A DNA stretch of 64,000 bases from Candidatus Zhuqueibacterota bacterium (GCA_029262035.1 JAJDAE010000178.1:105-64104); one strand, 5' to 3'; numbered from the stretch's first letter, positions 10,301-20,521 are shown. The notes: a model not told the origin generated them from the letters alone. Translations and numbers: made by a program.

Positions 10301-11561
10301 CAAACCAATTAATACCTGAGCGAACGGGATTACTTCTTTCTTCTTCTACAAAAACCATCCCGGCATAACTATCAACAACCTGGCTTGCAAGTTGATCAGA
10401 TTGAGCCGTCTGCATGCGTTTACCGTCCTGAGCGCCGTCCAGCTTAAGCCAGTAAACATTATTAAAACCATAATGGTTGATGTAGTGCTCAAATTTACCG
10501 CTGGAGGCGTTAAACTCCCAACCCTCAACTCCACGTCCATAAAAAAGGATCGTGTCATTTCCATCAAAATTACCATCGCCGCCATCATTTACTACGATGG
10601 CATTTTCTACGAGACCATCAGGGCGGGCAATATTGATATCACGCGGCAACTCCTTACCGCCATTATTAAAAATCTGAATTTTTGCAGGGTTGATAGAATT
10701 CAAATCGAGATTATTAATATTTGACCGCAAAAAATCACCGGTGATTCTGTAAATACCTTCTTCAGTTATATTAAACTTGTAGTAAGTCCCGCTTTGAGTT
10801 GGTGAAAATTTGCTTAATGAAACATCGGGTGTTTTGTAAGGCTTGCGCCAGGTGCGGGCTTGATTATAATTGAGCAAAACACTTTCGTACAAATGCTCCT
10901 CAGATCGTCCTGATTTTTTGGGCGAAACCTGAGCTACTCTGCTGCCGATAAAATTAAGCTGCAAAACAATTTTTTTGAATTTTCTAAATATTTTAGTTTT
11001 GGGAAAATATTGAGCAGAAGCAACGGAAATATTGACAATTTGCTGATCTCTAAAAAATGACTTTTTACCAATCTGAACACGTTCGGCAGGGAAAATGCCT
11101 AAATTGTTGTAGGTATTTTCGTCTTGAATGTACCGGGGCGTCAGCGTACCCTCAACCGAAGTATATTCCGGAAAAGGAAGGAGTTCTACATTTGTGAAAT
11201 CTTCAAACTCAGAATCAACAATTCTATAACTTACGTTTGCGCCAATGGGTACCCCAACAACAAATGAATGAAATGGCACCTGAGGCAGACCAGGATTATC
11301 GGACTTTGAACTATTTTTAAATTCAAACTCGGTAAATTCCTTGCCTTCGAATGCGACTTTTGTTTGAGTCCAGTTTTCAGGCGTTAACTGCAAAGTTAGT
11401 CCGTTAGCAGATTCACTCAATACAAATGGCGACTTGCCGGTGTATGCACTACCGGAAACCAATTGGGCATTTTGAAAAATTAAACAGACAAATAAAAAAA
11501 CCAGAGAGACGAGTATAAAACTCCTAGCGAGGATCTTCGACTTTTTATAAAAACGTTTCAT
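7356..11561 (-). CDS. Large secreted gingipain-like cysteine peptidase (C25 family) with T9SS type-A C-terminal sorting domain
   Basis: 1401 aa with an N-terminal signal/TM. The central region resembles the C25 catalytic domain (…LLLGDGDYDYKNI…, FFVAATCDWALFD…, FIGHGNPQLW). The C-terminal ~80 aa (EVKIYTVAGQLIKKLEYP…WDGRDEQGDTPANGVYLYKIIAKAVG) matches the Por-secretion C-terminal-domain / FlgD-Ig pattern. Confidence 0.7.
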   Translation of the reverse strand: MKRFYKKSKILARSFILVSLVFLFVCLIFQNAQLVSGSAYTGKSPFVLSESANGLTLQLTPENWTQTKVAFEGKEFTEFEFKNSSKSDNPGLPQVPFHSFVVGVPIGANVSYRIVDSEFEDFTNVELLPFPEYTSVEGTLTPRYIQDENTYNNLGIFPAERVQIGKKSFFRDQQIVNISVASAQYFPKTKIFRKFKKIVLQLNFIGSRVAQVSPKKSGRSEEHLYESVLLNYNQARTWRKPYKTPDVSLSKFSPTQSGTYYKFNITEEGIYRITGDFLRSNINNLDLNSINPAKIQIFNNGGKELPRDINIARPDGLVENAIVVNDGGDGNFDGNDTILFYGRGVEGWEFNASSGKFEHYINHYGFNNVYWLKLDGAQDGKRMQTAQSDQLASQVVDSYAGMVFVEEERSNPVRSGINWFGRDFAVDEFSRSNSWTLNLPNAITSEVTHFNFRFAALNTGRHTFNIRMNNNQIGTKTFNGLSLAFGQYLQVVTSVENYQQSNVVNPGDNTLRLDYSHSSTTGRAFLDWVDILYSARMIADENQLIFTVEPASGVQTYRASNFSGSEIKMFDVSDFENIKIFEGFSYANGNVTFADSQLPNAPKRYAILNPSRYLGLEDLERVEFRNLRDPQFSLNPNPMSDNSFIIITHNDFRAEAERLESLRENANPADQLQTEVVLISDIYNNFSSGLTDVTAIRDFLKYAYDNWTPRPLYVLLLGDGDYDYKNIISKEDLNWIPSFQTDALETSSVIKELVSRANDSWYTYVSPDNDGSTPRMDLAIGRITAQTIADAKNVVDKIIAYETQATFGQWRNKVTIIGDDELVSNGNPGGGDDIHIRQAEVIAEQYIPKHFNLKKIYLSEYPKVRSEASGGVLKPAAKEDLIQTINKGSLIVNFIGHGNPQLWTHEQIFTIADNSRIQNQDKLMFFVAATCDWALFDRPDRQSQAEELLLAEKRGAVAILSSARLVFASQNFSFSKKFYSYLFPDETTSNRIGDAFLLARIDISSQVNDEKYHIFGDPTLRLANPEKQGVITKMNPDSILALAAIEIEGEVLQNGALDGNFNGSAFVNVFDSKKTIANLTENGGIQNYLLPGNSIYRGSVPVQSGRFKSKFIVPKDISYGGGSATASVYFWNDETDGAGSLNNIRVSSSTSELTDEAGPEIQIYFKEHQNFTTGDIVDENITMVIELADTVSGINIAGEIGHQLTLSIDPDDETCLSQLNRFNGVSNIDLTAIFDFNEGDHLRGKIEIPLQFPSEVEVGGNTIACADFDDEQRHTLVVKAWDNANNSSTASVEVSVVHEAGLVIKDVLNYPNPLEDETTFTFFVNRDAEVEVKIYTVAGQLIKKLEYPFARNGFNMIEWDGRDEQGDTPANGVYLYKIIAKAVGTSESIQKEKLGRLAIIR

Positions 11562-11826
11562 TTTCCCTTACAACAAAAATTAAAATTAAACCAACGAAAA
11601 AAACAATGCTATACATAACAATTAAGAACATTCTGGGCGGAGATAAAAAGATAATTTCGTATAGCAAACCGGCTCCACTAATACAAGAATATAAAATACC
11701 TCGGCTTGCATATTTCTTCATAATTCCTATAACGTATTTACTTAGAGTTTTCTTCCAGAAATATAGAGGAATATAAAAATATAGTGGATTAATGGAAAGG
11801 GAAAATTGAGGGAATGATTGTTTAAA

Positions 11827-12588
11827 CTAAGCTTTCTTACTTTCAAAAAACGTCTTCTCGGAAAGCTCTTTTGAATTGCTCCTGAGATCTTGAAGCTCAG
11901 AACGCATAATGCGAATTTGTTCTCTTATTTTCTCCATAACTTCTCTGGCTGCCTCAGGGGTTTTAGCTGCGGCGTAGTAACTGGAAAGATCGATGGGTTT
12001 TCCATAATAAACATATATCTTCTTAAAAAGTCGCGGGAATCTTGCTTTTATAGGCAATACTTCATTCATGCCATCTATGCAAACCGGAATGACGTGCGGC
12101 TGCATTTCCAAAATTAATAACCCAGCGCCACCCCGAAACTTTCCAATACTGCCGTCCCGGGTTCTTGTACCTTCCGGGAATAATGTCATGGGGCCGGTCT
12201 TTAAACAATCTGCCATTCTAAAAATGGCGCCAACGTCTTTTCTTCCTTTTTTAATGGGCACGCATTTCCAATTGTAGGAAAACCAGCCGAAGATAGGATT
12301 CCTAAAAAAATTCTCCTCCGCAGCCGGATTCCAGGGCAGCAAAAAAGGCTTGATTAATACTTTGGGGTAAAAGGCACACATACCAACAAGAAAGCTATCA
12401 ATCATACTTTGGTGGTTGGAAAGGAGCAGGGTATTTTTCTCCTGAGGTACGTTTTTCTTACCAAGAATAATTCTACGGTTGAAAAATGTCAATACGACAT
12501 AACAAAGAAACACAAAAATATGAGTGACAATAACATGGGTGACCGGCCATAAAGCGCGAGATAGCCAACTATGCTGACCACTAGACAT
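11827..12588 (-). CDS. plsC: 1-acyl-sn-glycerol-3-phosphate acyltransferase
   Basis: HX4D motif NHQSMID and FPEGTRTRDG motif. N-terminal TM segment. Confidence 0.85.
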   Translation of the reverse strand: MSSGQHSWLSRALWPVTHVIVTHIFVFLCYVVLTFFNRRIILGKKNVPQEKNTLLLSNHQSMIDSFLVGMCAFYPKVLIKPFLLPWNPAAEENFFRNPIFGWFSYNWKCVPIKKGRKDVGAIFRMADCLKTGPMTLFPEGTRTRDGSIGKFRGGAGLLILEMQPHVIPVCIDGMNEVLPIKARFPRLFKKIYVYYGKPIDLSSYYAAAKTPEAAREVMEKIREQIRIMRSELQDLRSNSKELSEKTFFESKKA

Positions 12589-12689
12589 AATCTTCCTTTA
12601 TACATTTTTAAATTAAGGTCGAAAAGGATGAAATACAGCAAATGAATTTAAAGAAATTGCCTCGAAAAGTAAAGAGAAATTATAAGTAA

Positions 12690-13247
12690 TTACAGACCCT
12701 TTTCTTTCAGTTTTAACCAGTCTTCATTGGTGTTCAGGTTGAACAAAGTATTTCCTGTACTTAAATCAACAACGCCATATTCAGTAAAGTCGAGAAGTGC
12801 ATTTAAACTATAATTTGCTTTTGTAATTTGTTCTTCAATCTTTGGAAGACATGTTTTGGCGTAAATTGCGCATAATGGTTCCCAACCAAAAGCTGATTTG
12901 GCACCGAAAACTTCCTGGCCTCGATGCTCCTGGATAATCTTCCGAATAACACTTTCCGACAAAAACGGCAAATCACAAGCGAGAAAAAAACTAAACTTGG
13001 AGCTCGCATCGAGCAAACCAGCATGAATCCCTGCCAGCGGACCAACGCCCTTAAACCGGTCTTCAATCATATCCAATCCGAGGCTCTCATAATCTTCGAA
13101 TGAATTTGTAATGATTTTTATGGTATTTTCATCAGCAGGGATAGAGGATATAACTCTTTCGATGATGGTTTTGCCTTCCAATTCAAGAAGAGCTTTATTC
13201 TTCCCCATTCTCCGGCTTTTGCCACCAGCAAGAATATAAAAGTTCAT
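12690..13247 (-). CDS. mobA: Molybdenum cofactor guanylyltransferase (MobA-like NTP transferase)
   Basis: N-terminus MNFYILAGGKSRRMGKNKALLEL is typical of MobA. 185 aa. Confidence 0.8.
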   Translation of the reverse strand: MNFYILAGGKSRRMGKNKALLELEGKTIIERVISSIPADENTIKIITNSFEDYESLGLDMIEDRFKGVGPLAGIHAGLLDASSKFSFFLACDLPFLSESVIRKIIQEHRGQEVFGAKSAFGWEPLCAIYAKTCLPKIEEQITKANYSLNALLDFTEYGVVDLSTGNTLFNLNTNEDWLKLKEKGL

Positions 13248-13286
13248 ACAATTCGTTTTAAATTAAATAGAAATGTTAAGATTGGG

Positions 13287-14087
13287 CTAATCCATTTGAG
13301 CCAAAAACGGCTCAATTCTCTCTACTATTTCCGGATGGCATTGGTTATTTGAAGCAACATAACCTTTATCGTTGAACACATTTTCTTTATTATATAACAT
13401 CGGGCTTCCCCAGCAGTCCGTCATTCGTCCGCCAGCCTCTTCTAAAATTATTTGAGGCGCACAAGTATCCCATTCCTTTGTTTTCGAATTGGGATGAATA
13501 TACAAATCTGATTTATTTTCTACAAGCAAACCGACTTTTAATCCAACGCTGCCGGTAGCTATATCCTTCTCGATTCGTAGCTCATTTTTTATTTCATCCA
13601 ATAGTTTGGAACGATGCGAACGGCTGACGACCAACCGCATTTGACTTGCTTCGTTGACTTTTGATACGATCAATTTATTGACTTCATCATTTTGTTTTAG
13701 AAAAGCGCCGCCGCCCTTTGTGGCATAAAACATCTTTTTTGTAACCGGCTGATAGACAACCCCCATTACCGGAAGACCGTCTTGAGCCAGGCCAATCATC
13801 ACAGCAAACTGGCCATTCTTATCGATAAATTCTTTAGTACCATCCATTGGATCAACTATCCAAACGCGACTTTTATTGCGGCGTTCCCGATTATCTTTTG
13901 ATTCTTCTGCAAGGATGCCATCTTCAGGAAAGAGCTTCTGCAATTTTTCGGTGATATACAGGTTCGACTCCTTATCGGCCTCTGTTACGGGTTCATTCTG
14001 TTTTTTTAAAGTAACTGAAATATCCTGACTATAATGTTTTAAAATAATTTGCCCGGCTTCGACACTCAACTTCTGCGCTGCATTCAA
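13287..14087 (-). CDS. Inositol monophosphatase / 3'(2'),5'-bisphosphate nucleotidase (CysQ-like) family protein
   Basis: IMPase-family metal-binding motifs (WIVDPMDGTKEFI; …YQPV…). 266 aa. Confidence 0.75.
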   Translation of the reverse strand: MNAAQKLSVEAGQIILKHYSQDISVTLKKQNEPVTEADKESNLYITEKLQKLFPEDGILAEESKDNRERRNKSRVWIVDPMDGTKEFIDKNGQFAVMIGLAQDGLPVMGVVYQPVTKKMFYATKGGGAFLKQNDEVNKLIVSKVNEASQMRLVVSRSHRSKLLDEIKNELRIEKDIATGSVGLKVGLLVENKSDLYIHPNSKTKEWDTCAPQIILEEAGGRMTDCWGSPMLYNKENVFNDKGYVASNNQCHPEIVERIEPFLAQMD

Positions 14088-14120
14088 CTCTTTCTCAAAA
14101 ATCGCTCTATATCCTCGTAA

Positions 14121-15203
14121 TTAATTTGCTGTTAACCTTTGGATTTTGTTGCTGCCAAAGTCCAGTCGAACTATATCAAAATCATTTTTATCAAGTTGTG
14201 AAAAAACAATACTGGTACCATCCATCGAAGAAAACACCGTACCGATTTGTGAGCTGTGAGTAAAAATTAATTTTGCATCCCTTTCATCTAAACTAATTTG
14301 CCATAACTCTGAAATATCGGCTTCGCCATTTTTTGAAAAATATAACATTGTTGCAAAATCATCCAGGTTCATTTTGGGAAAGGCATTTATATTTTCATCT
14401 TCATAAATAATGCTTGTTATATTTTGCGCTAAATCTATGCTCACAATTCTAAATAAACCAGCTTCCGTTTCCCGGTAATCAAGCGTGATAAAATCATCCT
14501 CACTTCGCCAAACTACCTGCGGGATCCATGGAATGTGACCGTAGGTTCTGTAAAGATCTGAGGAATAAATCAACTTTTTATCACCCTTAACAATTTCATA
14601 AAATTTAACGAATGGGTCTTCAATTTGAATAAAAACGACTCTCTTGCCATCCGGGGATTGCGTGGTGTAGCGCCCTTTATAATAATCAGGCAATCCATTT
14701 CCACCTAATAATTTGTATCCCTCGGCCAAGAGCCTTCCATTAGATTTTTCAACCACCTTACTGATATTTGTTTTTAAGTCAAGCTGACGCAATTCCCATT
14801 TATCAACTTGATTGTAAAAAGTATACTCATCAAATGCTTCATTTGCAAACTTTCCTTCACTGAAAAGGTACTGAATTTCTAAGCCACCCGGCATCATCTC
14901 GTAATCGATGACACCTGTTTCCGTTAAATAATTAAAATTATGTCCATTACGATCACACATCACAAGTTTATAGTCCCATTGGGTGATCTTGTCAGTTGTA
15001 TTCTGATATTCTAAAAAAACAATATTACTGCCGTCGCCGACGAACCGTGGGTTTAGTTCCATAATATTTTTAGAACTGGTTACATTTTTCATAATGGGCT
15101 TACCACCCGGCATTGCGTTGCCGTTACAAAAAACAAAAATCAGAGCAAGTAAAGAAAAAATTTTTATCCTGTTCAAAAAAGAATTTATTGATTTCCCATC
15201 CAT
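14121..15203 (-). CDS. Hypothetical secreted protein, PD40/TolB-like beta-propeller repeats
   Basis: N-terminal signal peptide. A SPDGKRVVF PD40-like repeat. No catalytic motif recognised. Confidence 0.5.
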   Translation of the reverse strand: MDGKSINSFLNRIKIFSLLALIFVFCNGNAMPGGKPIMKNVTSSKNIMELNPRFVGDGSNIVFLEYQNTTDKITQWDYKLVMCDRNGHNFNYLTETGVIDYEMMPGGLEIQYLFSEGKFANEAFDEYTFYNQVDKWELRQLDLKTNISKVVEKSNGRLLAEGYKLLGGNGLPDYYKGRYTTQSPDGKRVVFIQIEDPFVKFYEIVKGDKKLIYSSDLYRTYGHIPWIPQVVWRSEDDFITLDYRETEAGLFRIVSIDLAQNITSIIYEDENINAFPKMNLDDFATMLYFSKNGEADISELWQISLDERDAKLIFTHSSQIGTVFSSMDGTSIVFSQLDKNDFDIVRLDFGSNKIQRLTAN

Positions 15204-15679
15204 CTTAGCCTCCTTTACAAGACAATTATTAAGCTTCCATCTTCGAATTCTGTAGCAAATTCATGATGTATATCGCAAACGAATGACCAAAAGCGAAATC
15301 AATTTAAGAATTTCAACCAAATCATTAAAACACAAGTATTTAAGCTAAAAGCCTTCACACTTATAAATCATGTATCTTATGTAGAATTTACATCCAAAAA
15401 TTTGGTGAATAATAAATATTTAATGAAGTAGTGCTTAGATGAGTTGAGCCAATTCAAAAAGAGAGAATGCTAAAACTGTGCCAGCAGACTAATTATTTCA
15501 CTAGTATCTTTTTCATACTTCAGCCTGAAAATTTACATACTTTCAGGACAAATGAGAAAACCCGCCAGAAATTGTTAGTTGGGTAAAGATTTTTTTGTAT
15601 CAAATTGAAACAGGTGACTTTTTTTAACACATTAAAAAAAAGGAGGAAGAGTCAATCTACATATTTTACAATAATCAGA

Positions 15680-18600
15680 TCAGTTAACTTTATTTACAGC
15701 CAACCACTTAATAATAACTCGCTGAATTTCTTCTCCGTCAAAAGGCTTGGCAACATAGTCGTCGCAACCAGACTCAATGGTTTTTTCCCGGTCACCTTTC
15801 ATTGCTTTAGCAGTAACAGCAATAACCGGGATATCTTTAAATTTGTCCTGAGCTTTTAGCGTTCTGGTTGCCTCGTAACCATCCATTCCCGGCATCATCA
15901 TATCCATTAAGATTAATTCCGGTCCGACAGTTTCTGCCAGCCTCAGACCTTCTCTGCCATCACGGGCAAAATGCAACTTGTAGCCGCTATCCTGAAGCAT
16001 CAGTCCCAAGGCATAACGTGAGTCGTCATCATCATCGACAACGAGGATGCTTGCACCGCCATTCATATTTTCCATCGCTTTAAACGCATCAAGCCTGGAA
16101 GTTTTTTTTCGTAAATTCAAGAATCTGGATAAATCAAGCAAACCTGATTTTTTATTATCTTTCTCTGCGAGTTTTGCAAGGAAATCCAGTAAGCCTTGAG
16201 GATCAAACGGCTTCACGAAATATTCTGCCGCACCCATCTCAAGCGCCCTCCCCCTTTCCGATAAAATCGAAGTCATAATAACAGGCGTTTCACGAATTTC
16301 CGGTGTATTTTTGATTCCTTGTAGAATTTCCCATCCACTTTGATTTGGCATTATAATATCCAATGTTACCGCGAATGGTTTGTATTCCTCAATTAAATCT
16401 AATATAGACTCTGCTTCCTGTGGAAAAATAATCTGATAATTATTTTCGCGTAAATAATGGGACATGATATAAAGCGAATCATTTTCGTCATCAATGATCA
16501 GGATAGTTTTTTTATTTTCCTGTAATTTCTCTCTGTCGTCCTCTAGCTCAAAGTTGTGCTTGAATGTCTGCACCGAAGTTAACTGAGTTTCTTTACCATT
16601 TTTTTCTGCTTCTTTGAAATCATTTTTTGATTTTATTGGAATTATAATTGAAAAAGTTGAACCTTTACCGAGTTGGCTCTTCACCAAAACTTCGCCCTCG
16701 ATTATTCCAAGAACCCGTTTAGTAATGGCCAAACCCAACCCGGTTCCACTATAAGCCCTGGCGTCAGTATTATCAACTTGCTGAAATTCGCGGAAGATTT
16801 CTTCCAGGCGGTCAGCCGGAATACCGATTCCTGTATCGCAAACATCAATCCGTATTTTCTTTTTATCTTCAATGCGCATATCCACTGTAACTTTCCCTGC
16901 CCGGGTGAATTTGATGGCGTTGCTTAAAATATTATTTAAAGCCTTGCTCAGCAAATTTTGGTCACAGTAAATTGTATTGGGGACATTTTTGGCGAATTCA
17001 TACTCCAAGGTCAGCCCTTTATCATTACAAAGTGGCCGAACATGTTCTATGCTTTCAGCCACCAGAGCTTGAATAGGAATCACCGAATAAACCGGATCAA
17101 CTTTTCCAGCTTCGATTTTCGAGAGATCCAGAATATCATTTATCAAATTCAAAAGATTCCGGCCACTGCGCTGAATGATCTGAATCTGCTTCAACTCTTC
17201 AAGAAAATCTTTTTCTTTGAAGTTCTCAACCATTATTTCCGAAAGTGTAATAATTGCATTAAGAGGGGTTCTTAATTCGTGAGAAACACTGGCAAGAAAT
17301 TCCGACTTCAACTTATTTACAGTTTCAAGCTCCTCAGCCTTTTTACTCGCCTCTTTAAAAAGCTTGGCATTTTCTATAGCGAGCGCTGCCCGGTCAGCCA
17401 ATTCCTGAGCTAATTTCAGATCATCTTTTTTATATTTTCTGCGGGTTTCAAAAAGAAGATAGATCATAACCCCGATAGTTTTGCGGCGGACATTTAACGG
17501 GACAATCATAATTGATGAAATGGGATTGTACTCATCCAGATGAGAAAAAATGGTTTTCTCAGAGCCAAAGACATCTTCGGCAAAAGGGGCTGAATGTAAG
17601 CTTGCCTTGCCGGTAGTAACGCACGAACCAACGATACCAACCCCGGGGCGACATGGGAATTCCTCAGTCCCCTTTACAAATAAATCAACGATATGCGGCG
17701 TATTGTGGTAGGATGAATCTGGCAACAAGGCATTACTCTTTTCATCCAACAAAAGTAAGCTGCAGAACTCACCAATGGCGGTTCCACCCATTTGAGTAAC
17801 TGCGTCCAAAACATCCTGCATTTTCAAAGTAGAATGAAATATTTTGCCGATCTCGGCCAGGAACTTAGACTGTTTTTCACTCTCCTTTTGAGCCAGGTAC
17901 ATCCTGCTATTCTCAATTGCCAAGGCAGCTTTATCAGAAAAAATTTCTAACTCGCGGATTCTATCTAAATCGGGACGCCTTTTATCGGCAGGATTATCGA
18001 CTGTAATTACACCGAGAATTCTATCTTTCGTCCTTATCGGCACCAGCAAGGCATCCAAAGATTGCCATTGTTCTTTTAATCTCTCATCAAACTCAGTATA
18101 TATCGAAAACTGAGTTTCTTCTGTCACGAGTTCTTCTTCTTTTGGAATAAAATAAGAGTGGCTAATTCTAAACCGTTCTTTAAAATATTTATTCGTATGT
18201 TCAAACGGAATCTCGCCCCATGTCATCACTTGCTCAACTTCTTTGGCATCCAAACCTGCGGTTGCCACAGGCCGGGAAGTACCAGCTACAGAATTGCGCA
18301 GAGAAATAACCGCCTTGCCCCAACCTAACAATAAAATCGACTCACATATTTTGTTGAGGAGAACATCAACATCCACATTTAGGCGAATTTCTTCGCCGAT
18401 TTCAAGCAGCTTAGCCATTTGGATAACACGCTGCTCCAGTTGCACAGTTCGCTCTTCAACATTTCCCTCGAGATTTTTGGCATAGCCCTGAAGCTCATCC
18501 TGCATTTTTTTGTATTCGGTTATGTCACGGCCTACCGCCATCGCACCGACTCGGCGATTAAAGCGATCGAACAAAGGTCGTGCATACCAACTGCACAAAA

Positions 18601-20491
18601 TCGGATCGCCCTTTCTAGGCTGAATAGTTGACTCAAAATCTTTGATTTGTACTTGAATGGCCGCGCCATAATTTTTTTCCAATTTCCTTAAATCATTGAA
18701 AAATACAGGTAAACGCTTTTTAGTCAAATCGGCTGCACGGAAACCCAATTGTTGGCGGCCATACTCATTAATAAAGGTGCATTGGCTGTCATTATCTACA
18801 ACCAGCAAAATATCAGACATGCCTGAAATTAGCGACTCGTAGTAAGCCTTTGTGGACTCAAGCTGGTTTGTCTGAGTCGTTAACTTCTCGGCATAATCTT
18901 TCAGGCTACCTTCCAAGGTCTTTCGCTCAGTGACATCCCTCTGAATCCACAGACATCTTGACTTTACTCCGCTTTTTTCTTCGATTGGAATGACTGATGT
19001 TTCGCTAAAAAAAACACTGATGTCTTTACGTTTAATTGGTAGTTCACCTTTCCAAATTCTATTCTCTTTTACAAAATCCCATATCTTTTCATGGGTATAC
19101 TTGCTTTCGTCATCATGAACAAAAATAGTGGCGTCTTTGCCAATTAATTCCGATTTCAGGTAACCTGACATTTTCTCAAAAGAACGATTTGCATAATTGA
19201 TCTTTCCCGCAGTGCTGGTTATCATGATGCCCTCATTGGCATACTCGACGCACTGTTGAAAAACACGCAAGCTCTGATTTTTTTCATTAAAAACAGATTG
19301 CCATTCCTGCTCAATTTTTTGCCTGTCAGCAATCCCCGATACAAAAAATTGATTCCCCGCTGGCTGCGACTTTGAATTTTTCAAAGGCTGTACTTTTAAC
19401 AAAACGGGAATTTTCTGGTTATCTTTTGTTACCAACTCCAGTTCTTTGCAAAAGTGAGATTTCTCCTGAGTCTTTGCTGAATAGTTAGTAAATTTTTCAT
19501 AGCTTTGCGGTTCGAAGAAAATAGACATGTGCAGGCCCAGGAGATCTGCCTTGTCGTAGTTTAACAACCTTGATAAGGCGAGGTTTGCAAATTTAACGGT
19601 ACCGTACAAATCAGCCACAAAAACGCCCTCAGGTAAATTTTCAACGATGTCACGGACGGCATTGAGATTGTAGTTAACGCGGTATGTGCCTTCCTCAAGA
19701 GATTGAGCCAGATTACGATCGAAACGTAAAACACGGTTTTTGTAGCTTGCCAAACCAACCAGAACAAAAGACAAAAATGCAGGTTTCAAAAAATGAGCAA
19801 CAGATAAATACAAGGTATTCGCGTTTTCTGCCAAAAAGAAATATACACCCGAAAACCCGCCTAAAATAGCAGCTATTGCAAGCCAAAAATAATTTTGTAA
19901 TTCAAAACCTTTTTTAGTGGTGAGCAAAAAACCGACTGAAGCAAAATAAACCAGAGCAACGCCCAAATTCGACAACTTCAATGAAGAAATATTTTCAAGA
20001 GAAGGCAGATTAAAATTAAAAATAAACGCAATTGCCGCAGTGAGCAGTAGAGCTGAGCCGGACCAAAGCAACATTCGATTTAAAAAGAATTGTTTAAACT
20101 TCACAAAACCTAAAAAGAGAAAACTGCCGAAAAACAGTCTGGCAACTAAATCTAAAAGCGAAGACTTTGCTTCTAAATTTGAAATTAAAAGTATATCAGG
20201 AGATGAAAGAATTTTTAACCCAAACAATACGAAGAAAACAAGCGAACCTATACCCCAGATATTAAACTCTGGCAAACGGTTTAAATAATATTCGCGGAAA
20301 CAATAAACAGCAATGAAAACGGCGATATAGGTCGCAAAAATATCGAGCAGAACCGGCATTGTTAAATCGATTGCACCTCCGCCATTCGCACTAACTAGAA
20401 ATATAGAACCAATAAAATGAAGCGCGATCACAAACAAAATGAAAGCGATAGAAAACTCTTTTGTATTATTGGCTCCTTTGCCAAATCTCAT
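15680..20491 (-). CDS. Multi-domain hybrid sensor histidine kinase: ~10-TM N-terminal domain, PAS/GAF modules, HisKA-HATPase, two C-terminal receiver domains
   Basis: 1603 aa with a hydrophobic N-terminal ~270 aa. H-box SHELRTPLNAI. HATPase G-boxes (DTGIGIP; GTGLGLAI). Two CheY-like receivers (ILIIDDENDS…LDIIMPNQSG; ILVVDDDDDS…LMDMMMPGMDG). Confidence 0.9.
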   Translation of the reverse strand: MRFGKGANNTKEFSIAFILFVIALHFIGSIFLVSANGGGAIDLTMPVLLDIFATYIAVFIAVYCFREYYLNRLPEFNIWGIGSLVFFVLFGLKILSSPDILLISNLEAKSSLLDLVARLFFGSFLFLGFVKFKQFFLNRMLLWSGSALLLTAAIAFIFNFNLPSLENISSLKLSNLGVALVYFASVGFLLTTKKGFELQNYFWLAIAAILGGFSGVYFFLAENANTLYLSVAHFLKPAFLSFVLVGLASYKNRVLRFDRNLAQSLEEGTYRVNYNLNAVRDIVENLPEGVFVADLYGTVKFANLALSRLLNYDKADLLGLHMSIFFEPQSYEKFTNYSAKTQEKSHFCKELELVTKDNQKIPVLLKVQPLKNSKSQPAGNQFFVSGIADRQKIEQEWQSVFNEKNQSLRVFQQCVEYANEGIMITSTAGKINYANRSFEKMSGYLKSELIGKDATIFVHDDESKYTHEKIWDFVKENRIWKGELPIKRKDISVFFSETSVIPIEEKSGVKSRCLWIQRDVTERKTLEGSLKDYAEKLTTQTNQLESTKAYYESLISGMSDILLVVDNDSQCTFINEYGRQQLGFRAADLTKKRLPVFFNDLRKLEKNYGAAIQVQIKDFESTIQPRKGDPILCSWYARPLFDRFNRRVGAMAVGRDITEYKKMQDELQGYAKNLEGNVEERTVQLEQRVIQMAKLLEIGEEIRLNVDVDVLLNKICESILLLGWGKAVISLRNSVAGTSRPVATAGLDAKEVEQVMTWGEIPFEHTNKYFKERFRISHSYFIPKEEELVTEETQFSIYTEFDERLKEQWQSLDALLVPIRTKDRILGVITVDNPADKRRPDLDRIRELEIFSDKAALAIENSRMYLAQKESEKQSKFLAEIGKIFHSTLKMQDVLDAVTQMGGTAIGEFCSLLLLDEKSNALLPDSSYHNTPHIVDLFVKGTEEFPCRPGVGIVGSCVTTGKASLHSAPFAEDVFGSEKTIFSHLDEYNPISSIMIVPLNVRRKTIGVMIYLLFETRRKYKKDDLKLAQELADRAALAIENAKLFKEASKKAEELETVNKLKSEFLASVSHELRTPLNAIITLSEIMVENFKEKDFLEELKQIQIIQRSGRNLLNLINDILDLSKIEAGKVDPVYSVIPIQALVAESIEHVRPLCNDKGLTLEYEFAKNVPNTIYCDQNLLSKALNNILSNAIKFTRAGKVTVDMRIEDKKKIRIDVCDTGIGIPADRLEEIFREFQQVDNTDARAYSGTGLGLAITKRVLGIIEGEVLVKSQLGKGSTFSIIIPIKSKNDFKEAEKNGKETQLTSVQTFKHNFELEDDREKLQENKKTILIIDDENDSLYIMSHYLRENNYQIIFPQEAESILDLIEEYKPFAVTLDIIMPNQSGWEILQGIKNTPEIRETPVIMTSILSERGRALEMGAAEYFVKPFDPQGLLDFLAKLAEKDNKKSGLLDLSRFLNLRKKTSRLDAFKAMENMNGGASILVVDDDDDSRYALGLMLQDSGYKLHFARDGREGLRLAETVGPELILMDMMMPGMDGYEATRTLKAQDKFKDIPVIAVTAKAMKGDREKTIESGCDDYVAKPFDGEEIQRVIIKWLAVNKVN

Positions 20492-20521
20492 TCCAACACT
20501 CCCTGTTTTCGTTAACTTAAA

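Noticed and set aside
8329-10724. Several 65-110-aa ORFs on the plus strand inside 7356-11561
   Set aside because: All are antisense to the 1401-aa peptidase gene and have no support.
15605-15859. 84-aa plus-strand ORF overlapping the 3' end of the hybrid kinase
   Set aside because: It lies antisense to a well-supported long CDS. Its composition is low-complexity (Asn/Phe/Ser-rich) and there is no RBS.
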